Shown: piece by piece, positions 1 through 11,000 of the stretch
How the letters are laid out: each line of letters begins with the position of its first letter
How positions within the stretch are numbered: position 1 is the first letter of the stretch
Source of the DNA: Chiloscyllium plagiosum
Taxonomy: Eukaryota
Assembly: GCF_004010195.1 (NCBI RefSeq)
Contig: NC_057755.1
Span: forward strand, 11,941,660 to 11,992,673
DNA length: 51,014 bases
Reading direction: 5' to 3'
Made by a program: the position numbers and the translations under genes
The notes under the pieces: model-generated
Seen by the model: only the letters and a program-made list of their open reading frames with translations
What the model was told of the DNA's origin: nothing
Databases searched by the model: none

Positions 1-268
1 TATCGGGGGTGGTTGCACACCAACAACAGGCCACAGACAGATGTGGTAAGCCAATTAGATTAGCAGCTGCACAGAGCAATACACCTATCAGATATGAAGT
101 AAAAGGGGAGTGCTGAGAGACTCAACTGAACTGTATAAATTGTAATGTAACCGCCTGACCGAGGTGCCTACGTTGTGGTCACCCGGGCTTGCAAGAATGT
201 ACAAATAAAGACTGCTTCAGAATTTGACTCAGACTGAAATTATTGAACAGTGAGCTTCGTTTCTCACA
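1..268 (+). mobile_element. 3' part of a retroviral-type LTR (truncated by window edge)
   Basis: TATAAA at 134-139 and AATAAA at 204-209, then a U5-like stretch ending ...TTCTCACA (CA terminus) at 268, after which unrelated sequence begins. Confidence 0.55.
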
Positions 269-309
269 GTAGAGGTTACCTTATTTGTTAATGAATTATC
301 CCGAAGAGT

Positions 310-1350
310 TATTCAGCATGGAAACAGACCCTTTGATCCAACTCATCTGCTCCAACCGAACATCCCAATCTGACCTAGTCACATTTGCCAGCACGTGGCC
401 CATATCCCTCTAAACCCTTCCTATTTATATATCCACCTAGATGCCTTTCAAAAGTTGTAATTGTACCTACCTCCACCACTTCTTCTGAAAGCTTGTTCTG
501 CATGAAAAAAATACTCCCAGGTCCTTTCTTTTTTTATTTTATTTTGTTAATCCCCACACTACCGCCTAAGTGCGGTAGTGCTTATTTTATATCTCCTGTT
601 TATTTTTTTAATATATTATTTTTTTTAACCCCCACACTACCACCTAAGTGCGGTGGTGCTTATTTTCTCCCCAGCACCCATGGTGTGTGTGTGCAGGTGT
701 GAGACACAGTGAGAGACACAAAGTGCACAAATCTTTATTCAAATTCCACCACCAGGAAGATAGAAAAACACCTGGGTGGCCAGTGACAAACACTGCCCTT
801 CACATCAAAGGGCAGTGCTGTGTGATCAAAACAGTGAAGGGGAGGGTAGGGACTAAATCAAAATAGAGTTGGAGGGAGAAATGATGCACTCCATTCCCTG
901 CGGTGCCCACCTCTCCCTGAACAACTCCAGGGTGTTGGTCGACACCGTGCGCTCCTTCTCCAAGGACCCCAGGTCCTTTCTAACTCATTTGCCTCTTAAC
1001 TTAAATTGATGCCCACTCATTTGGACTGCCCCACCCTCGAAAAAAGACTTTGGCTATTCACCCTAGCCATGCCCCTCATGATTTTATGAATCTCTGTAAG
1101 GTCACCTCTCAGCCTCCGATGCTCCAGGAAAAAAGCTCCAGCCTATTCGGCCCCTCCCTATAACTCAAACCGTCCAATCCCAGCAACATTCTTCTAAGTC
1201 TTTTGTGCACCCTCTCAAGTTTAACGAATTGTTTCCTATAGAAGGGTAACCAGAATTGTACACTAAATTCCAAAAGTGGATTCACCGATGTCTTGTACAG
1301 CAGCAAAATGACATCCCAACTCAGTGTTCTGACTAATTAAGGCAAGACTG
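310..1350 (-). mobile_element. CR1-type LINE 3' fragment, split by a Tx1 insertion
   Basis: CR1 3' tail (CAGCATGGAAACAGACCC..) at ~315; minus ORF 1109-1306 LEFSVQFWLPFYRK..LERVHKRLRRML is CR1 ORF2 C-terminal. Confidence 0.85.
530..967 (-). mobile_element. 5'-truncated Tx1-clade LINE 3' end with 14-bp TSD
   Basis: TSD CCCAGGTCCTTTCT at 516-529 and 968-981. Minus strand reads SLEKERTVSTNTLELFRERWAPQGMECIISPSNSILI* (stop 853-855), resembling Tx1 ORF2 C-termini; AATAAA on minus at 734-739; A-rich tail at 530-550. Confidence 0.75.
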
Positions 1351-1409
1351 TTCAGTGTTTCGTTTGTACCTAATAGCTTTTGTATCTAGGGGTAATCTCC
1401 TTGTGTACA

Positions 1410-1560
1410 TTTAAGGCTGAAATAGATTTTCGATCAGTAAGTGTATCAAGGGTTACTGGGAAAGAGCAACGGAATGGACGTGAGGAAGATGGATCGGATC
1501 AGACATAATCCTATTGAATGGTGGAGTAGGCTCAAGACTTATCCTGTTCCTATTTCTTAT
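1410..1560 (+). mobile_element. LINE (CR1/L2-type) 3' tail fragment
   Basis: TTTAAGGCTGAAATAGATTTT...ATTGAATGGTGGAGTAGGCTCAAG...CCTGTTCCTATTTCTTAT; the same tail type recurs at 13690-13820 and 49020-49170. Confidence 0.6.
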
Positions 1561-1951
1561 AGTGATTTATTTTGTTTTGTGACTTATTTCAGCTAAGAAT
1601 ACAGTATTACATATGTTCTGTACAATGTTTAACTATACATGGCTTTTTTCAATCAAAAACAATCTAGAAAAACCCAATTCAGGCTATTCACCCCATTTAT
1701 TTATATGGGAAATAATGGTGCGCTTAATGTTGAAATTTTACGAATTGCAACCCCAACTATTAAAGCGAGGACTTAAATGGGCTGAGGGATTGGAGCGAGC
1801 CTGCAGTACTGGAGTAAGCAGGAGAGGCGCTGTCTCTGGAGGCCTCCGCCTCGACGCCATATGTTGACGCTGCCACCGCCGCCCCCTCTTTCCGGCCGGT
1901 GCCGCTCCGCACGGTCACTGGGAGCCGCGTGTCCTGTTGTAGGTTCGAGAA

Positions 1952-2041
1952 ATGCCGGCTCGACTCAGCCCTCAGCCCGAGGACCCGGAGCCCACGATGG
2001 AAGCCGAGTCTGTCAGCAGGAAATCACACAAGAAAAGCAAG
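1952..2041 (+). CDS. DDX21: DDX21 exon 1 (coding part) [30 protein letters not shown]
   Basis: ATG at 1952 in CpG island; donor AAG|GTGAGG at 2041/2042. Confidence 0.8.
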
Positions 2042-5000
2042 GTGAGGGCAGCGGCGGCCTCCACGATACACCCGGTCTCCTGTGTAGGCCTAAGCCTCGG
2101 ACTTGGAGTAGATTCTGTCCGGGAGAACCGCAGGCTCAGGGCCCTTTTTGTGTTCGGAAGCTGCTGGGGATGGAGGGACTGGGTGGGGTGGGGAAGTGAA
2201 GAGTGCGAACCGACTGGGCTCAGGGTCATCTTTCTGCTTCTCACCTCCTGTTGTTTAATTATAGAAAGAGAAGAGGAAACATTCCGAGAAAAGCGAGCAC
2301 AAAAAGGCCAAGAACCGGGAGAATGGCGAGTTCGACGAAGGAGAAAGTGAACTTAAGCCTCCGAAAGCAAAGAAGCACAAGAGCGAGGATCATGAGGACA
2401 GGGATGCCAGTAGGAGCCGAAAGTCTGAGAAAAATGGGGTGGTGAGAGAATCCAAGCAGGAAACGGCCCCGCGCTCCAGCGATGATTCCAGTCAGTATTC
2501 CGAGGGGGAGATCGAGGAGGTGAGAATACCCACCTTCAGGAGTTAGCTCCACATTGGCCGGTTTACTGGCGCTGAGCATTCAGGATGGTTAACGGCCGCC
2601 TGCTCATTCGCCATCGTGACATATTTCACATCGGCAACGGTTCCGAGTGAACGGGCATCGTTTCCCCTGGTCCTGGAGGAACGCTTCTTATTTTTCCAGT
2701 GAACCATGAACATGTGACGTATTTCTGGGAAAAAGGGGGAGAGACGTTTCTCGTCCCCCTGGGGAAATGCCTCCCTCGCGTTCCCAAGTAAAAGGGGAAA
2801 GCTTACCCACGTTCCTCGGTGAGGGCGGGGAATTTCCGCGTAATCCTGGGGAAGTGGGGCCTTCCCGGGGTAATTGGGGGCTTCCTCGCCTTCCCGGATA
2901 AAGGGGTGAGCCGTTTCCACATTCCAGGGGAAGGGTGGGGGCGTCTTTTCAGCGTGCCTGGTGTAAAGGGCATTGGTGACCGGAGTTTCAAAAGTTGAAT
3001 ACGAAATACATTGAAAACCCTGATGAAGGCGGAGCTCCATGATAATTGGCACGATGGGTCAAGAGTTTGGATGAGGTGCTATTGGTAGGGATGTGGTGAC
3101 ATCTCGTAGAATACATTCAGCAGAACGCAGAAGCCTGTGGGCTCTCAGTTATTGAAGATGGCACTTATAAGCAACAGACTTTGATTTCATTAACGTTTCG
3201 CCTCTATTTTTAAAAAAAACACTAGCCAAAGCTTTACTTGTCACAATATCCCAGCTGGAATCTTTGCTTTCACTCTACTCGTGCTAAGACCAGTCTCCAT
3301 TTAACAGCCTTGTTTATTTTCATTTAAAGATTGGGTTCTAATAGTTTCGGGTAGATTGTGAGTTTTAGATTAGCAAATGTATCTCAACTGTGGGAGGTTT
3401 TATTTTGTATCCAGAATAACAAGTCAGAAAGTACAGTTTTTCAGTGCAAAATTTGTTTGAACTTGCCATCCACCTTCCTGATTGTTACTTCACAACCGGG
3501 TGCCATCTGATGACTTCATCTCATACCTTTTTAAGTTGCTGTCAGTCTTTATCCATGATGTGGAGGTGCCAGTTTTTTTTTGTTGGATTCTTTTTGCTAC
3601 AAATTCTATATCTTATGATCCTGCTGCACAGCTACCTGACGAAGAAGCAGTGCTCCAAAAGCTACTGCTTCCAAATAAACCTGTTGAACTATAATCTGGT
3701 GTTGTGTGATTTTTAATCTCATCCATGTTGTGGAAGTGCTGGTTTTGAAATGGGTTGGACGAGGTCAAAAATCGCACAACACTAGGTTATGGTCCAACAG
3801 GTTTGTGTGAAAACACAAGCCTTCAGAGCTCACTTCTTCAAGAGCTTCATCTCTGGTCTGAATCCTTCATTCTGGTGAGAGGGATTTCTTTGCATTCAAG
3901 AATGTCACTGTTCAGTGAATTGGCGTCATTTCAATTCTTGGGGTGTCTTGTAGTAGCAAAGATTCTTCTTGGGGAAGTGCAGGGAAAGAGGTCTCTCACA
4001 GTAGATTCAATGCAGAGGACAGGCTAAAGATGAAGAGGAACTCTCAGGACATGGTGGGAGTTGAGGGATTTGAAATGAAACAAACTGCCCTGACCAAACC
4101 AGGGTACTCGGTCACCAATGTCCAGAATATCTTTTAACCTGCAATGGTGAAGTACTTGAAATAGTTTTGATGTTTTATAGGAACTGACTCCAGAACAGAA
4201 AGAAGGAGCCTTTTCAAACTTCAGGATTTCTCAAGAAACGATTGAACTACTAAAGGGTGTGTGAGATTTTTTTTCCTTTGGAGATCGCGACACATCCCCA
4301 TGGTGGTCTTTTGTAAGAGAGTTTCAGATTCAATGTTTTCCAACTGATGGGGGTATTTATATAGTCAACTGTTCAGTCTTTGTTTTTCAATAGATTTTTA
4401 CTGCCTGGAGTCCCTGTTCTTGATAGTTTCAGAGATGTTATTCAAAAGGCACGAGGATGTGAAATTTGGCCTTCTCTCTGTCCCATATTTGTGTGCTCAC
4501 TGAAGTTGGGTTTTTCACTGTCCACTATTTGACAGTGTCTCTGAAGCTTATTCATCAGCTGGGATTTGGTATCTGACCCCAATGTTGCTATTGCCAGATT
4601 TCTTTTTAATTGAGAACTCATGGGGTCCCTTGGTGATTTCTTTCTCTGCTGTATGGTCAACAGCACTTTCAAATGGCGGATGAAGCCTCTTGGTCAGGTT
4701 CAATTTGTTCTTTTTCCAGGTATTACTTTTTATTCACTAGTCTGATAATTTATTCCCAATTCCACTGATTCAGAGTTTTGGAACGAGTTGGTAGTACAGT
4801 ACGTAGGAACCTCGATTATCTGGCATTCGATTATCCGGCAAGATCGCAAGGCCTTGATGCTCGGCTAAACTATGTTATCTGTCATTCACTTATCCGGAAT
4901 TCACTTAACCAAACGAAATACTGCTTGTCAATGTCCTTCGGATAATCGAGGTTCCTTGGTAATTAGCTTTTATCAGTGCAGGATATCTATTGTGCCCAGA

Positions 5001-8000
5001 TCTTCTGAAGTTTCATGTGCATGCCTGGCGGTGACGGTTATAAAGAATTGCCCGTGCAGCAAGAACAGGGATTCCAGGCAGTAAAAATCTATTGAAAAAC
5101 AAAGACTGAACAGTTGACTATATAAATACCCCCATCAGCATGGGGTAAATGGCACTAGCAATGTTGGGATTTTACCTTTAAGCATTTCATGGGCACGTGC
5201 AGTTTTGACTGATCTGTTTGCATGCTTTGCTTAGGAAACACTGTTAAAATCAAGTAATGAATGATGCAAGGGTGGTGTTATAGTCTTGATGATTGCGAGA
5301 ATATAGTTTCAGGGCATTGTGCGTGTGTAATAGAGGGATTCAGCTGAGGCAATATTGCTGGAGTTGGGTATTTTAATTTTCTAGGAGAAAGTGAGGACTG
5401 CAGTTGCTGGAGTTCAGAGCTGAAAATGTGTTGCTGGAAAAGTGCAGCAGGTCAGGCAGCATCCAAGGAGCAGGAGAATCGGTGTTTCGGGCATGAGCCC
5501 TTCTTCAGGAAGAAGGGCTCATGCCCAAAATGTCGATTCTCCTGCTCCTTGGATGCTGCCTGACGTGCTGAGCTTTTCCAGCAACACATTTTCAGCTACT
5601 TTAATTTTCTATCGACTTGGAGAGGCCAAATAGCTCAAATAAAATCCTAGAGCTTTACAGCACAGAGGAGCCCATTGGCCAAAAGTGCCTGCATAAACAT
5701 TTTGATAGAAGTGCCATTTCAATCCTATTCCCTTTCTCTTTTCCTGGAGCTCTGCAGTCTTTTTCCACTTGGTGTAAGTGTCCATTCCCATTTAAAAGTC
5801 TCTATTTTAGCTACCTTCACCACTCTTTCAGGCAATGTATTCCAGATCATAGTTCATGAACATAATATTGTTAGACAAGATATAATGGTAATTTTACTGA
5901 ATGAGTTATCCAGAACTTCAGGCTGACTTTTTTTTTGTACCTTTTAATTTGTCTGAAGCTTCTTACTCAGGGTATTGCAAGAAGCTGTTTCTTCAGATGA
6001 AGGACTGCACAGCAACAGCAGTATAATGTGGAAACTGTTAGGGCTGTTTCGTGTGGTGGTAGTGTCCCTACCTTTGATGACAAGAGGCCCTGCTTGAAGT
6101 TCTACCGCTGCTGAGGTGTAATACCATCTCTGAACAGGCTAATTAGAAAATGCCTGTAACCTGGAAATTTGAGCTGGGCCAGTGAGTGTTGATGTCAAGG
6201 AGCACTTCTTTTCATATACGGGATCATGGAAAACAGAACCCGCGCTGCCCAGATGACTGAGGTTAAATTAACAACTTCAGAGCTTGAGGATGGCAGATGT
6301 CTATTAGGTAAGGGTGTAAAGGACATGGGGAAAAAGGCAAATAAAGACCATCAGAACCCAGATCTCCATTGATCTAATAAAGTGACCTCCTCCAGATATA
6401 AGGGGCTCAGGTTGTAAGTTAGCTCTCTGAGCTGGTAGGTTTGTTTTCAAACGTTTTGTCACCATGCTAAGTAACATCAGTGAGTCTCAGTGTAGCTGGT
6501 GTTCTGTTCCGATATCTATTTACCATATACTCTCAAGTAATAGTTGAATTTTTTTGACTACTTTTTTTAAGGTTGGATTTATGGGGTCAACTGTTACATG
6601 GATACTACTTTTGAGGGGCTGAAATTCATGTTCATCAAAATTCATGCTGTATCATTAGTAGAGTCTAAAGAAAGAAAACAAATTATGATAATTTTGAAAA
6701 CCCAGAGTGGAGCAAAGCAGCAAGCAAACTGGAAGACCAGGAGCAGAGCGGAACAACCAGCAGACTGGAAAGCTGGAGTGGGACGTGAAGGCCGGCACAC
6801 TGACTCAAACATTGATTCCTTTTCTGTGAAGAACTAGGGTCAACTTTTACGTGAAATATGAAAAATTCCAGGTTATTGGCAAAAGTAGGGTGTCAACTTT
6901 TATGAGATTGACTATTATCCATGTGTTTTCAGTTTGGGACTTGACCTGTTAAGGTGGGTGCCAAGGGGTTAGATAGTCTGGTAGTCATGGTAGCCCACAA
7001 ATCTACCAACACGCTGAAACAACTACTGATAAACCTAAAGGACCCTGTACCAACAACCAGCAAAACTAATGTCTTTTACGAAATACCCTGCAAGGACTTT
7101 AACAAACTACATCCGACAGACAGGCAGAAAACTAGCCATCAGGTTACATGAACACCAGCTAGCCACCAAAATGCAGGTCCCACCATCACTAGCATCCTTA
7201 CATACAGATGAAGGAGGACACCACTTCAGCTAGGACAACATATCCGTCCTAGGACAGGCTAAACATGCACGGGAATTCCTAGAGGCCTGCCATTCAAACT
7301 GGAACTCCATCAATAAATATGTCGATTTTTGACTCCATTCACCAACCTCTGAGGAAAAAAAAAACAGAAATGATATCACCCACCTTCAAAGACCAAGACA
7401 CATAAAGAGAAAACGGGACAGAACACCAGTGCTTCGCCGGAGGCTCACTGATGATGTTGGGGATGTGTAACCTAGCCTGGCGATGAAATATCTTGAGAAC
7501 AAACCTATTAGCTCAGCGAGCAAACGTACAACTTGAACCTCAACCTGAGCTGCACAGCTTCTCAAAAACCGCATTCAAGTTTCTGAATGAATTCCTGTTA
7601 CTAATGTATCTTCCCACCAGTGACATAATATTGTAAACAGTCAACTTTTTACATTGCCGGGGCTCTCTGACTTATAAGCATCTGACTTATGAATACTTAC
7701 AAATGTGATCCTTTATAGGGGTGTAATTTTAAAGTTACACAATATAAACATTTTGTATGCTTATAAAAGCTACCTTATATTGTATTGTGTTCTGACTTGT
7801 GTACAGATTGGCATGTGAACAGCCTGTTTGCAACCTGGGACTGCCTGTATCCAAAATTTCTTTGGTAAGCAACAGCCAGACTATAAAATAGATTTGCATG
7901 AGATATAACGTTAGGCTCAGGGTGAGGAAGAGTTAAGCGAGATTACTTCCTGCAGTGCAGGCGGTTTCCAAGCTAATTGGTTTTTGCACTATATGAGCAC

Positions 8001-11000
8001 TTGCAACCAGTATTTTTGGGAGAGGTGGGTCAGACTTTGTTGTGGAAGGCTAAGCCTGCTTTAAGCACAATGGAATCCCTTGTATCCTTTGTTTTGCCAA
8101 TTTTGAAATGTTTTGAATTTGTTGCATTCTTCTTGTTCACTCTGCAGAACGGGGAGTGACCTACTTGTTTCCAATACAAGCACGGACATTCAACTACATC
8201 TATGATGGGGATGACTGTGTGGCTCAGGCCAGGACTGGCACTGGCAAAACTTTCTCCTTTGCAATTCCTTTGGTGGAAAAGCTGCAGTCAGAGGCTGTTG
8301 ACCGGAGGAGAAATCGTCCTCCCAAGGTAAAGTAATCTGCAGTCAGTTGCTGGGGTGTAAGATTGAAAGGCAGCATTAGTTCCTCTGTGCACTGTACTGC
8401 TGTGCATGTGGTGAACACTGGGGTATAAACTCACTGGGCTCAGGTTTGGAAAGTGATGCTCAGCGTGAGGAATGTTGGCGCTATTCAGAGCCTCACTCAG
8501 CAGGTCACGCATCTGGGCTGAGAATTTCTTGCACGCCTTTTCAGTGAAGGGCAGTATGGTTTGATCTCCAGCACCCCCACCCCTGTTAAGTGTATTTTGT
8601 AACGATTTCTAGTGTTCACATCAACAAAGGTAAAAATCTAAGTGGTCTCCTGTGACTACAAAGGGATTTTTATCAAATGGATCAATGGGCTGAAAAATGG
8701 CAGATGGAGTTCAATAGACAATAGGCCATTCTGCCCTTCGAGCCAGAACCACCATTCATTATGATCATGGCTAATCGTCCTCAATCAGTATCCAGTTCCT
8801 GCCTTATCCCCATAACCCTTGATTCCACTATCCTTAAGGGCTCTATCCAACTCTTTCTTGAAAGTATCCAGACACCTGACCTCCACAGCCTTCTGGGGCA
8901 GAGCATTCCATACACCCACCACTCTCTGCATGAAGAAGTTTCTCCTCAACTCTGTTCTAAGTGGCCTACCCCTTATTTTTAAACTGTGTCCTCTGGTTCG
9001 GGACTCGCCCATCAGCAGAAAATGCTTCCTGTCTCCAGAGTGTCCAATCCTTTAATAATCTTATACATCTCAATCAGATCCCCTTCTAAACTCAAGCGTA
9101 TACAAGCCCAGCATGTATCAATCTGGATAAATGTGAGGTACTGCATTATGGTACAACAAAGAGGGGCTGGACTTGCACAATTAATGTTGGGGCCTTGGGT
9201 AGTAGAACAGAGGGACTGAGGCATTTAGGTACATTATTCTTTGAAGTTTGTGTCACAGATAAACAGGGTGGTTAAAAAGGCATTTAACATACTTGCCTTC
9301 ATTGCTAAATCGTTTGAGTATAGGAATTGAGAAGTCATGTTGAGATTGTGCAGGACATTGAGGCCTCTTCTGGAACACTCTGTCCAGTTCTGGTCACCCA
9401 ATTATAAGAAGGATATCGTTTAGCTAAAAAGGGTTCAGAAGAGATTTATCAAAATGTCAATTATGCAAGGTTTGATCATAAAGATAGGCTGGGACAATTT
9501 TTTCACTGGAGTTTAGAAGATTGATGATCTTATAGAAGTTTATAAAAACATGAGGATGTAGATAAGGTTAATGGTTGGTGTCTTTTCCCTCTGGTGGGGA
9601 TTTCAAGATTGGGGGCATATTTTTAAGGTGAGAGATTTTAAAAAATAAGCGAGAGGCATGTTTTTTGCACAGAGGGTGGTTTACATGTGGAATGAACTTC
9701 CTGAAGAAGTAGTGAATACAGGTACAGTTACAATATTTAAAATACATTTGGTTAAGTACATTAATACAAAAGTTTTGGAGGGATGTGGGCCAAATGCAGG
9801 TGGAATTAAATTAGTTTGGGATTATGTTCAGCATGGACTGGTTGGACTAAAGGGTCTGTTTTTATGCTGCATGACTCTGACTGTAAGGGCTCTTCAACTG
9901 GAGTGGCTGACTATACCACCATCACTGAGTGTGCTGATGTTTGAAGATTGACTACCTAGTCTGAAGTTTGAGGGTCTGCCAGTGGCTGTGGAATGCATCC
10001 CTCCTTAATCCCCTGCCAAATTTACCGACAGATTCTTAATGACTGGCTGGGATGCCCAATCTTGTATTATCAGACTGTGGTAGAGTTGCCACTTCAAATT
10101 GACTTATCAATGGGGATGGTGCACGAAGTTCTTCCTAACTAGTGAGTTGATCTTGCAAATTCATGATCTCTCTTACTGGTACAAATCATTCACTACAGTT
10201 TTTTAATTCTTTCTCCAATTTGTTGATTCCCACTTTTTGTTTGGGGTAGGGATGGGGTTCCTGAGTAGTCAGTTGAGATCCCTGTGGGGACTCTTCAGGT
10301 ATTGAAGTGGGTATTGAAGGCACTTTTTTGTTTCACTGCCGTTAGTTTTCACATAACACTTGGATACAGAACTGACTCAAAGGTAGAAAACAGAAGGTAG
10401 TGGTGGAGAGTTGGTTTTCAGACTGGAGGTCTGTGACCAGTGGTGTGCCACAAGAATTTAAAAGGGACCTGAGGGGCAACTTTTTCATGCAGGGGGTGGT
10501 GCGTGTATGGAACGAACTGCCAGAGGAAATGGTCAACGCTGGTACAATTATAATATTTAAAAGTCATCTGGATGGGTCTGTGAATCAGAAAAGTTTAGAT
10601 GGGACTATATCAATTTAGGAGAAAGTGAGGTCTGCAGATGCTGGAGATCAAAGTTGAAACTTTATTGCTGGAACAGCACAGCAGGTCAGGCAGCATCCAG
10701 GGAACAGGAGATTCGACGTTTCGGGCACAGGCCCTTCTTCAGGAAAGAAGAAGGGCCTGTGCCCGAAACGTCGAATCTCCTGTTCCCTGGATGCTGCCTG
10801 ACCTGCTGTGCTGTTCCAGCAATAAAGTTTCAACTATATCAATTTAGGATACCTGGTCAGCATGGACGAGTCAGATCGAAGAGTCTGTTTCTGTGCTGTA
10901 TAACTCTATTACTTTCTTTCCTAGGTCCTTGTGCTCACTCCAACAAGGGAACTGGCAATCCAAGTCGCGAAAGACTTCAAGGATGTAACCAAGAAGCTCA

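Larger units (their letters stand above)
1780..2990 (+). promoter_or_regulatory. CpG island / promoter of DDX21 covering exons 1-2
   Basis: Sharp rise in GC and CpG density relative to CpG-poor flanks; YY1-like CGCCAT 1855-1860, TCT-like CCTCTTTCC 1885-1893, ETS-like TTCCGG 1890-1895. Confidence 0.8.

Noticed and set aside
2543..3052. 169-aa antisense ORF in intron 2
   Set aside because: Pro-rich, low-information product of the GC-rich repeat array; stop-poor by composition
5286..5347. Possible intronic C/D snoRNA (TTGATGA...CTGA)
   Set aside because: C box lacks the leading purine, spacing is only ~60 nt, the terminal stem is weak and I cannot recognise an rRNA guide
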